DNA of 62,632 nucleotides, filler included. It is 6 parts of 6 records of this genome, joined end to end, with 100 filler letters (N's around TTAATTAATTAA, not from the genome) between each part and the next. Parts side by side here need not be neighbours in the genome. Positions count along the whole stretch, not along the records: positions 19,107 to 24,420 come from SRR20825019_3072; positions 24,521 to 47,758 come from SRR20825019_3075; 4 more parts are not named here. One strand, 5' to 3'. The position numbers and the translations under genes are program-made. The stretch's first letter is position 1. Each line of letters starts with the position of its first letter. This document shows positions 19,193 to 28,552 of the stretch, in pieces. The notes below the pieces were generated by a model. It was given only the letters and a program-made list of their open reading frames with translations. It made no database searches and was not told the DNA's origin.

Positions 19193-21661
19193 CTCAGCCG
19201 AAACCAAATTTGCTTTCTGGCTGTTCACGTTCTTTTCAACCGAAATCTTCAATGCCAGTTTCGTAGCGCACGAAGATAGGACAGATCCCAGGTAAAAATC
19301 ACCAGCAAGGAGAATTGCTGTACAAAGCTAATGTAAGCAAATACATATCATTACAGCACACACTGATACACGGGCAACAAATCTTTTCAATAGCAACAAT
19401 ATATATATGGTGGGGCTTGGTAAATATATGAATATAAATTCGGGGAGATCGAACAGAAGACGTCTCCCTAGTGGGTATTCAAAATTTTTCTAGGCATACT
19501 CATGACCATCCAAAAATCTATACATAGAGATCCAGGACTTCTCTGCAGCCAACCGTTCACTGTTGACATTAAACAATACTTACATCGCAAAGGACTTGCG
19601 GGGGAAGAACTGACGGCGTTTCCATTTGTACCAGATGACTCTAATGTCTGAGTAGCATATGTACCTGGACAGTCATTAATCATCGGATATTGGAATAAAC
19701 AGACAGACTATATATCATAACGAAAAGAGGGTGATCCATCATAGATCTTGGTGATATTTGAGTCGTCACAGATGCTCTCAAGAGTAGCAAATATTTTTCT
19801 AAATCACTTGGATGCAGCCCTCGCGATAACAAAAAATAGAAAAAGAAAGAAAAGAGAAACATGGTAGGAAATGCCACTCACCATCGGCAAGAACAACATT
19901 CTTAGTAGTCGCTTCATTTCCAGGGCGGGGAGATGCTTGAGGTGTCGCATTCTCATCTTCTACTGTGATGGCGGCAAGAGGAAGCTGGCCAACAGCCTCC
20001 TGGATCGTAGACAACGCGTTCTGGCATTCGTCGTATGATGATGCGTATTCTCCGAGAATCCACAAGGCAATGCGGAACACCTGTTGACCAATCAGAAAAG
20101 GAGCACCAAACATATTACACACAATGGAAAGTGATAATGAGCCATCAACAGAAATTACAGATCATTATATATCAGAGATCAGGTGCAGGTAGTAAGATCT
20201 TCGGCAGATCAAGAGCAGTACATGAAGGTAACATCATCTGGCCCGCCGTCCCTTAAACAAACCTATAATCCAACCGTCCTCCAAAACGAATCACGAACTC
20301 AGACACGTATAACTTACCCGCGATGTCTTAATCTCCGAGAACATTTCCAGAAGTTTCTCAACAACAGCCGATCGCAACTTCGGGTACATCTCTGCAATCT
20401 CTCGAATGCAAAGAATAGCATCAACCGCGCACGAGGAGTTCGCTTCGCCAACGAAGTCGATAAGGCCACCAACCACCATGTTGGACACCTCCGGGAATTT
20501 AGTAGCACAAGAGTGCAGGGACTGGATAAGCACGGAACGGTACTCAGAATTCTTGTCCTGTCCCTTCTCTTGAGACCTTGTCAGCTCCTTCTTCAGCAGC
20601 ATAACAACCTCATCTATGTTGCGAGGCCCAATCAAGTCGAGACCAATTGCCAAAGTTTTCTTACGAACGTCCAAGTTCGGGCTGTTCAAACCACGCATGA
20701 TGTCCATCACATTATCCTGCAGAACCCGGGCATGCTTGTCCTTCAACTCAAGGAGACGGTCCAAAACAATAAGCTTGACGTTGTTATCGCTCTCCTTTGT
20801 AATCAAACTAGTGTATGAGGTCGCGGCTGTTTTCAACGCCGTTGGGGCATTTGACAGAGAAATAAGAGTTCCCGCACACTCATACACCACCGCACTGCTT
20901 TGAGAATTCATGAGACTTACAAGGCACTTCATGTACCTCGACTTTTCATGAGGGTTCTGTCGGCACACCTTGCGGATAAGCTCAAGAACAACAAGTTGGA
21001 AACCATCACCCATATTGCTCACTGTGTCCAAGGAGCCCGTCAAATACTCAATGGCCCTATCCGTGGCGCAGTTGAAGAGCATGAGGAACGCATTGCGTTT
21101 GGCAGACAGGTCGCTTTCGTTTGCAAGAACATTATCGACGAGCTCTGGCGCGTCAGGGATAAGATGCTCAAAGTTCCGATAAACATGGTACACCGCGTTG
21201 ACGGCGTTCCTCCTTACAAAGGAGTGCCTGTGCTCTGTATTCTTACGAAGAGCAGGCATCAAGGGCTCCAACAACTCGGGTTCTTTAAGCTTGAGCAAAA
21301 AGCGGCAGGCATTTCCACGAACATACTCGTTGGCGTGCTCAAGATCCTTCAAAAGGGCATTGCCAATAAGAATCATTTCGGGAAGGAGCTTGCCATCAGG
21401 CCCCTTCCTGTCGATAACCTCGAAGTAAATCAAGACAATCTTCTTGATAGCATGGTCGTCGACAGGAACAACATATCTGATGATAGGCATGAGCAGTTGA
21501 GGCATGGGCTCTCCGTTCAGGTGAAGAAGGATGACCTTCTTCAACGCCATCACCTTTGTGGCCACATCACCGTTTTCAAGCTCATGCTTAAGATCCTTTT
21601 CAGCGGGCGGCTGGCCCTTATCGTAGTGAATTAATACTGTGCATTGCTTTTCGATAGACAT
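19193..21661 (-). CDS. COPB1: Coatomer subunit beta (eukaryotic, spliced, 3'-truncated)
   Basis: Exons 21661-20318, 20080-19882, 19664-19584 and 19317-19193, joined by GT-AG introns of 237, 217 and 266 nt that keep the frame. Motifs LLPEMIL, DLEHANEY.RG, HRHSFVRRNA, ALWILGEY, VLADGTYATQ, GDFYLG. Confidence 0.93.
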
Positions 21662-23016
21662 GGCTGGGCGGTCAGCGAATCCCCAACTTCACCGCCCTGC
21701 AATCCCCTGCAAATCCCCTACAACTTGTACCCTTAATTTCTGACATATCGATCTATATTGTAGCTCTGACAAGGGTCTGCGGCGTTGCGGCAGCTGGGTA
21801 TTCCCTCAGAGAGCCCGTCTCCCAAGAACTACAAAACACTGGCAGCTGCGGAGCATGCTTCGTGATACAGGCGATGAGGCAGCGAGAACAGCGCTGATAA
21901 CGCTGTGGTTCGTATCGGGGCTCGCTCATGCGTGCGGCCAATCATGAGGGATTCATGGGCGAGCGCGCTAGAGACCCAAACTGTTGACCAGTGGCGCTAT
22001 GGAAGGCGGCGGCCTCCGCCTGACGGAGCTGGCACAACTGCGGCACTACCGCGGGTCACGCGGCTTGCGGCGCCGCGGGCCGGGGCTCGGGCGACTCGGA
22101 TTCGGTTCGTTCGGTCGAAAAGGTCCCCTCGCAGGCTAAGCTCCGAACAACGAACAAGTCTTCGCATAGTCGAACAAGGTCTGGCTACCCTCCAGATGCA
22201 AAGTGAGCTCGAATGCCCGTGATCATCTCGCTATGATCATGGCGCAGTGATGCAGACTCGACTCGGTCGGTATGCAAGAGACAATCTGGCACGAACGAAT
22301 GATCTTGCTCGCCGGCGGGGCCCAGGCAGGCCGGATGAGGGCACCCACCGCCGACAGCCGACAGCCACCAGACACGAACTGACCTCGTCCCTCGGCCGAC
22401 CCACCAGAGCGGCGGCGCCGTCCGGGCGGGCCGTCGTCCCTTCTCAGGTGACCGGCGGGCCCCCGACGACCTGACGACGCCCTGGCCGGACTCCGCCCGC
22501 CCTCGGGGCGGCCCGGCGGGCGCCCGGCACTCTGCCCTGCCTTCACCCAGTACGGCCAGCGGCGCCGACCAGTAGCGGCGAGGCAGCGGCAGTTCAGGGA
22601 CTCGTGCCCTCGCCGCCATGGCCCCGGCCTCAGCCGCTGCCAGCGGCCGGATCTGGACAACCACAACGTCGGTCTGTCCCGGCCTAGAGACGGAGCCTAC
22701 CCGGCCGGAAGCGGCTCCGCTGAGCATACGTTGGGCTGAGGCGCACGCGCCACTGCACTCGCGGCCTCCCGAGGCTAGCGTTCCGGACTCACCTACAACC
22801 GGCCACGCCACCAGCGCGAAGCACGCCAGCCTTGACAAGCCACATCACCACGATATTGAGACTTTCCATTAACAACGCACGCGCTCATCGCTGTCTCGAA
22901 AAACTTTACTGCTGTTTTGCGCTGCTCGCGCCTTGGAACTGCTCTGGAGTTATGCTACCGAACACTATCACGGGAAATATGTCATCATTCTTTTTGTGGA
23001 TTACTCGAGAGAAAGA

Positions 23017-24203
23017 ATGTTGTCTTCCCGTGTCTCCGCTCCTTTGCGCAAGGCTACTCAGCTCTACGCCAGGCCTTTCGTTGGTATGATGAGATTTAGA
23101 GTGACTCAGCCGCTTCTTGCTCATTTTGTCAATTGCAGCCGCCATGTCCACCAAGCCTCACGTGCTTGTTAACGAGCACACCAAGGTGATTTGCCAGGGT
23201 TTCACCGGAAAGCAGGGCACGTTCCACTCTGAGCAGGCCATTGCTTACGGGACCAAGATGGTTGGTGGTGTGTCTCCTAAGAAGGCTGGCACTGAGCACT
23301 TGGGCCTCCCGGTGTTCAAGGACGTGGCCGAGGCCAAGAAAGAGACTGGCTGCCATGCCTCTGTTATTTTCGTGCCTCCTCCTGGTGCGGCTGCCGCAAT
23401 CCTTGAAGCTATTGAGGCTGAGCTCGACCTTGTGGTGTGCATTACTGAGGGTATTCCTCAGCAGGACATGGTGAAGGTAAACTGTTTTTCTTATCGTTAG
23501 CAGTCAGTTTGGTAACAAAGGTAATGCAGGTGAAGCACGCACTCTTGCGCCAGGACAAGACCCGCCTTATTGGCCCTAACTGCCCTGGTATCATTAAGCC
23601 TGGCGAGTGCAAGATTGGTATTATGCCCGGACACATTCACAGCAAGGGAAGGATCGGTGTTGTATCCCGTTCTGGAACTCTCACTTATGAGGCTGTCGCT
23701 CAGACCACTGCCGTCGGCCTTGGACAGGTATTGTGCCTATTGTGAGTTGTTTAAGTGTGTTCTCACAACCTTGGCTATAGTCCACTTGTGTAGGAATCGG
23801 TGGTGATCCCTTCAACGGCACCAACTTCGTTGACTGCCTTAAGCTCTTCTACGAAGATCCCCAGACTGAGGGTATTATCATGATTGGTGAAATTGGTGGC
23901 CAGGCCGAGGAGGAGGCCGCTGAGCTCATCAAGAATAGCCCTGTGAAGAAGCCTGTCGTCTCCTTTATCGCTGGTCTTACTGCCCCCCCGGGTCGCCGTA
24001 TGGGTATGTGATGCTGACTCTGGGTAAACTCTTCGGTGCTAAGTTTGGTGTTAGGTCATGCTGGTGCCATCATTGCCGGTGGAAAGGGTGGCGCTAAGGA
24101 GAAGATTGCTGCCCTCGAGGCCGCTGGCGTCCACGTCACAAACTCCCCTGCCCAGATTGGTGTGACTATGATGAAGGCCATGCAGGAGGCCGGTTTGGCC
24201 TAA
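23017..24203 (+). CDS. SUCLG1: Mitochondrial succinyl-CoA ligase alpha subunit (eukaryotic, spliced, 324 aa)
   Basis: Exons 23017-23083, 23139-23476, 23530-23727, 23781-24003 and 24055-24203 (975 nt), with GT-AG introns of 55, 53, 53 and 51 nt. Arg-rich presequence [37 protein letters not shown] (phospho-His). Confidence 0.95.
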
Positions 24204-24420
24204 CCGTATCCGCCCGAGTCGCTCTCTTTTATACTGGAAAGTAAACCTGGTTTTGTGTAGTTCTTTGGACATGGTTAGTCGCGCTTGGTTTCGTGGTGTG
24301 CGAGACGATGACACATTATGAGTTTGCCCACATAGAATACCAGCCAGCTCTATTGCATTCTAAGCGGTCAGTCCCGTCGCCACGCCGCGCGCCCGGGGGC
24401 GGGGGGGGGGGGGGGGGGGG

Positions 24421-24520
24421 NNNNNNNNNNNNNNNNNNNNNNNNNNNNNNNNNNNNNNNNNNNNTTAATTAATTAANNNNNNNNNNNNNNNNNNNNNNNN
24501 NNNNNNNNNNNNNNNNNNNN
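24421..24520. other. Artificial contig-joining spacer
   Basis: 44 N + TTAATTAATTAA + 44 N. Confidence 0.98.
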
Positions 24521-25000
24521 CGGCGACACTTCAGACAGGATCTTTTCAACATCGATGACCTCTATCAGCTTGTCTTCAAAGTGCGTTACCGCTGTGAGGT
24601 AAACGTCTTTGCCCGCACCCTTGGGTGGCGGCAGGATGTCTTCCCAGTTCATATTCACGATGCGGTCGACACCAGCCACCAGGAAACCCTGGGTTTTTCG
24701 GTTGTACTCAGTAATGATCACGAAGCTGGTGGCCATCTCTTCCTTGGGAATACCGGGAAGCCGGATTGACATACCAAGGTCAATGATTGGGATAGTCTCG
24801 CCACGAATATGGGCCACGCCCCGAACCATAGGGCGACTGTTCGGCAACGATGACAGCCTGGGGCACTGCAACACTTCCTTGACCTTGAAGACGTTGATGC
24901 CGTACATCTGCCGGCCACGAAGGCGAAATAACAGAAGCTCCAGACGATTCTGGCCCACCAGCTGGGTGCGCTGATTTACACTGTCCAATACCCCTGCCAT
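24521..25000 (-). CDS. cheV: Chemotaxis protein CheV, 3'-truncated
   Basis: MAGVLDSVNQRTQLVGQNRLELLLFRL, YGINVFKVKEV. Divergent from flgA. Confidence 0.95.
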
Positions 25001-25032
25001 CGTTTATATCTCCCACTCGAAACGTCTTGCTG

Positions 25033-25049
25033 CCGGCACGCATCTTGCT
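25033..25049 (+). promoter_or_regulatory. Sigma-54 promoter for flgA
   Basis: CCGGCACGCATCTTGCT, GG-N10-GC spacing, near-consensus TGGCACG-N4-TTGCW. Confidence 0.75.
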
Positions 25050-25085
25050 GCGTTATTCTAAAAAGTCGCGTGGAACCGGCTATGT

Positions 25086-25099
25086 GCCGGTTTATTGAC
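25086..25099. promoter_or_regulatory. Putative FleQ-binding box
   Basis: GCCGGTTTATTGAC (reverse complement GTCAATAAACCGGC) resembles the Pseudomonas FleQ motif GTCANTAAATTGAC. Confidence 0.5.
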
Positions 25100-25112
25100 T
25101 CACTCGATAGGC

Positions 25113-25139
25113 TTAACGGCCGAATCCGGAAATCATTAG
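25113..25139 (-). promoter_or_regulatory. Putative sigma-28 promoter for cheV
   Basis: Minus strand CTAA-N15-GCCGTTAA. Confidence 0.5.
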
Positions 25140-25198
25140 GATATTCCTGAACTCGGGGCTTTACCCGGTTAATGACAGCATAGGACAAACTGCCGCGT

Positions 25199-25903
25199 AT
25201 GCGCATTACCAATTTCGCCATCATATTGTTATTCGCCGTAACAGCCGGCCCGGCAATGGCCTCCACGACCACGTCCGAACAAATTCAAAGCAGCGCGGAA
25301 CAATTTCTGGAGGCATTTTCAGAGGCTCAGGCAAACGAAGGCTTTACGGTTTCCCACGATACCGGCCAACTCGACGCACGCCTCTCGCTCGCAACCTGTG
25401 CTACCCCACTCAGCGTATCGTTCAGCGGCGACCCCTGGAGGACCACCCAACCCTCGCTACTGGTTTCCTGCGAGGGCGAGCGCCCCTGGCGCATGTTCCT
25501 TCCGGTATCCGTCACGATAACCGGTGAAGCCATGGTCGCCGCCCGCCCCTTGGGGCGCGGCGAACGACTGACGAAAGCGGCAATACAGTCGGATAACGTG
25601 GTGGTGAATTCGATTCGACGGGGCGCAATAACCAATGTCGACCAGTTAGTGGGCATGGAAATGCGCCGCGGCGTGAACGCCGGTACCGTATTTACACCGG
25701 ATTTGGTGCTGGCTCCGGCAGCGATCGAACGCGGAGACCATGTTATCATCAGCGCCCGCAGCGGCAATTTTTCGGTAAACTCAAGGGGTAAAGCCCTGGC
25801 CAGTGCCGGGATTGGAGAACAGGTTCTGGTTGAGAACCTCTCGTCCTCCCGCACCGTGCGTGCCCGTGTGACTGCTCCCGGGCATGTCGAGATTCCCATG
25901 TAA
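25199..25903 (+). CDS. flgA: Flagellar P-ring chaperone FlgA
   Basis: Signal peptide, LDARLSLA.C, W..FLPV, SAF domain, GKAL..A..GEQV.VEN.SS.R.V. Position cheV<-flgA-flgM-flgN. Confidence 0.93.
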   Translation: MRITNFAIILLFAVTAGPAMASTTTSEQIQSSAEQFLEAFSEAQANEGFTVSHDTGQLDARLSLATCATPLSVSFSGDPWRTTQPSLLVSCEGERPWRMFLPVSVTITGEAMVAARPLGRGERLTKAAIQSDNVVVNSIRRGAITNVDQLVGMEMRRGVNAGTVFTPDLVLAPAAIERGDHVIISARSGNFSVNSRGKALASAGIGEQVLVENLSSSRTVRARVTAPGHVEIPM

Positions 25904-25998
25904 CCTCGTTCCCGGCATTGATTCACCGGAAACGGCAATCTGTTGCCGGTTTTTTTTGAAAGATGACAAGAGTGTCATTTAACTCTTGCAAAAATCGC

Positions 25999-26025
25999 TA
26001 AAGAAACGTCAGGCCATGCCGATAG
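25999..26025 (+). promoter_or_regulatory. Sigma-28 (FliA) promoter for flgMN
   Basis: TAAA-N15-GCCGATAG. Confidence 0.85.
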
Positions 26026-26082
26026 ACAGGTATGAAATTTTGGAGCCGCCCAACGCGGCCGACCAGTTAAGCAGGTAACGTT

Positions 26083-26409
26083 ATGTCAGTTGACTTTAAT
26101 GGAATAGGCCCAGGCCAGGTCAACACCCAGAAAACCACGGCCGATAAATCTTCCGCTACCCAGAGCACTCAGCCCTCTACAGCTGAGCAGGCAAAGACCC
26201 AGGCGCAAGGCGCCCGTGGCGAAAATGTCAATTTGAGCAGCCAGGCGAAGAACCTGAAACAGCTCGAACAAAAGCTCGGCAGTTATCCGGAAATGGACGA
26301 TGACCGTATCGAGCAGATCCGCTCTGCCCTTGAAAGCGGCTCCTACAAGGTTGATGCGGAGAAACTGGCCCAGAAAATGCTTGAGATGGATGAAAGCATT
26401 TTCGGGTGA
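26083..26409 (+). CDS. flgM: Anti-sigma-28 factor FlgM
   Basis: VNLSSQA, D.DRIEQIRSALESGSYKVDAEKLAQKML. Confidence 0.93.
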   Translation: MSVDFNGIGPGQVNTQKTTADKSSATQSTQPSTAEQAKTQAQGARGENVNLSSQAKNLKQLEQKLGSYPEMDDDRIEQIRSALESGSYKVDAEKLAQKMLEMDESIFG

Positions 26410-26416
26410 GTAGATC

Positions 26417-26887
26417 ATGGCCGCAATTGATGAACTGAAAGACCTTTTATCTCAGGATATCCGTCAACTCGAATCCCTGGCGGACGTCCTGCAGCAGGAA
26501 AAAGCCTGCCTTTCCACATCTGATATCCGTAAACTCGAATCCCTGACTGGCGAGAAAAACACTCTGTTGGGTCAAATTCGCGAGCGGGCCAAGCTCAAAA
26601 TCCGCCTTCTGGTGTCGATGGGGTTTCGACCTGAAAACGGAGCACCCTCACGGTTTATTCTCAGCGCCGGACTGTCAGATGTTTACGACTTGTGGCGGGA
26701 GGCCGACGAACGTCTTAAGACCTGTCACCAGTTGAATAGCAATAATGGGCGGGTTGTCAGTCACCTTCAGAAGCGCCTTTCACGTCTGACTGATATATTC
26801 CGCGGTGTTTCCGGGCACCAGACCCTCTACGGTGCTCAGGGCGAGCAAAAGGCCGTATCACACCGTACCGTTCTGGCGAGCGCCTGA
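26417..26887 (+). CDS. flgN: Flagellar export chaperone FlgN
   Basis: Helical protein after flgM. L..E...L, C..LN.NNG, LYG..G motifs. Confidence 0.88.
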   Translation: MAAIDELKDLLSQDIRQLESLADVLQQEKACLSTSDIRKLESLTGEKNTLLGQIRERAKLKIRLLVSMGFRPENGAPSRFILSAGLSDVYDLWREADERLKTCHQLNSNNGRVVSHLQKRLSRLTDIFRGVSGHQTLYGAQGEQKAVSHRTVLASA

Positions 26888-26894
26888 CGGCTTC

Positions 26895-26919
26895 TGGGCT
26901 CCGCAAACGTCGGAGCCCA
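26895..26919. terminator. Hairpin between convergent flgN and the MshEN gene
   Basis: TGGGCTCCG-N7-CGGAGCCCA. No clear U-tract. Confidence 0.5.
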
Positions 26920-26929
26920 ACGCATCCCA

Positions 26930-27667
26930 TCAGCGAGTATAGATCGTCATCTGTGAATCGGGATGGAAGCGGATATTGTCGAGTGCAATGTTCCCCATGG
27001 ACGGTCCCTGACTGCCGCTGACCCGTATATTGTCCATGCGGATCTGTTCGATCCTTTCCGGGAACGCCAGGGTGAGTCCGCCATCGTCACGAACCGTGTA
27101 ACGGGGAACATCATCCCGATAATGCACACCGGATATCGTAAGATCAGAATCCAGGAAGTTCAGCACCGGCACGAAAATGTTCGCTGTTAGTTTCAGGCCT
27201 TCGATGACATCCGGATCAACCTCTCCTGTCCCGTCGTTACTTCCGGTCATGGCGGATACCGTGGCGATACGATCCAACAAGGATTGATCACCCTGCCCCG
27301 ACACGCCGGCCATCTCGTCGTCATTAAGCGGCGCCAAACCGGCACGCTCGTACAATTGCGCGGCGTCCGTAACGTCTCGTGAATCATTCGTGGTGCTGCC
27401 AGCGGCAAAACTGACCAATGGCTGAAAAGGCAATACCGCCATAGTGACCAGTGCAGCCGCGTTGCGGTAACGGGATTGGTGCTTGAGAACCCGATGCAAC
27501 TCGCGCTCGGTAATCCAGCCGGACTGTATAAACACCTCGCCGAGCCGCTGACCGGTCTCATGCTGTAGGCGCAGGCCCTCTTCCAACTGAATTTCGGAAA
27601 GGTATCCCCGGTTTATCAGCAACCGACCGAGACGGGATTTTTCTTCGAAGCCCTGACGGATTTTCAA
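26930..27667 (-). CDS. MshEN (c-di-GMP-binding) domain protein fused to a DUF6160/FilA-like exported domain
   Basis: GGAGG RBS and TTG start. Two 24-aa RLG motifs spaced by 5 aa (residues 12-64), then a hydrophobic segment, LAPLNDDEMAGVSGQG, and C-terminal SMGNIALDNI...TIYTR. Confidence 0.75.
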   Translation of the reverse strand: MKIRQGFEEKSRLGRLLINRGYLSEIQLEEGLRLQHETGQRLGEVFIQSGWITERELHRVLKHQSRYRNAAALVTMAVLPFQPLVSFAAGSTTNDSRDVTDAAQLYERAGLAPLNDDEMAGVSGQGDQSLLDRIATVSAMTGSNDGTGEVDPDVIEGLKLTANIFVPVLNFLDSDLTISGVHYRDDVPRYTVRDDGGLTLAFPERIEQIRMDNIRVSGSQGPSMGNIALDNIRFHPDSQMTIYTR

Positions 27668-27908
27668 GGTATGCCTCCAATAGCTTCACAGTGATTGCCG
27701 TACAACCTGGCCCGGTCAGAGTGCATCAATGCCACTGATGCGATAAAAGGTTAGCTGATAGTCATGAACTCCGCAGGGAATATGCCCGACTTGACAAGTA
27801 TTATCTGCTAACATCCTGCAACAGACTGGATTCATGGGAACAGTATCGCAGCAAACATTCCCGAAGCTACCTACTATTCACTGAACTAACTACGTGAGCC
27901 ATTATAGA

Positions 27909-28526
27909 ATGACAAATTTCGTAAAACCGTTTCGTTATGTGATGCAAATCGCTCTATCTGTAACCTTCATGCTGGGTATCGGCAACTGCCTGGCGGCAGA
28001 AGGGCAACAGAATGAGCTGCCCCAGGTGATTATTGAAACCAGCGAAGGTGCCATTGAGGTGACTCTGCGCCCGGACATCGCTCCCGAGACCGTTGAGAAT
28101 TTTATTACCTATGCCAAAAACGGGTTCTACGAGGGTACGCTGTTCCATAGGGTCATTCCTGGTTTCATGATCCAGGGCGGCGGTTTTGATCAGGATCTAA
28201 ACCAGAAGCAGACCCGTAGCCCCATCCGGAACGAAGCCAGGCCAACCGCCAAAAACCTTCGCGGAACCATCGCCATGGCCCGCACAAGCTCACCGGACTC
28301 CGCCACATCCCAGTTTTTTATCAACCTGACCGACAACGATTTCCTGAACGCAGGTGTTCGCGGCCCGGGCTACGCGGTATTTGGCAAGGTGACAGGGGGA
28401 ATGGGTGTTGTGGATGCCATCGCCAGCAAGAAAACGGTGAGATCCCGAGGCATGGCGGATGTACCCCAGGAACCCGTCATTATTCGTAGCGTTTCGGTCC
28501 GGCAAACCGATACCGCGGCAGAGTAG
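27909..28526 (+). CDS. ppiA: Periplasmic cyclophilin-type peptidyl-prolyl isomerase
   Basis: Signal peptide, FYEGTLFHRVIPGFMIQGGG, GTIAMART, SATSQFFIN, GYAVFGKV. Start uncertain (27894, 27909 or 27942). Confidence 0.9.
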   Translation: MTNFVKPFRYVMQIALSVTFMLGIGNCLAAEGQQNELPQVIIETSEGAIEVTLRPDIAPETVENFITYAKNGFYEGTLFHRVIPGFMIQGGGFDQDLNQKQTRSPIRNEARPTAKNLRGTIAMARTSSPDSATSQFFINLTDNDFLNAGVRGPGYAVFGKVTGGMGVVDAIASKKTVRSRGMADVPQEPVIIRSVSVRQTDTAAE

Positions 28527-28552
28527 CCCATCAAGCCTACTGACCGGATACG

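Noticed and set aside
22185-22838. 217-aa ORF in the GC-rich eukaryotic intergenic region
   Set aside because: Non-ATG start, Arg/Ala/Gly/Pro composition expected from GC bias, and no domain signal.
19107-24420. Eukaryotic genes between bacterial genes, suggesting inter-domain transfer
   Set aside because: The segment is bounded by spacers on both sides, so this is a concatenation artefact. The same applies to 47859-56890.
24395-24420. Poly-G run as a G-quadruplex or telomere-like element
   Set aside because: It is at a contig end and is typical of low-complexity assembly breaks or two-colour sequencing artefacts.
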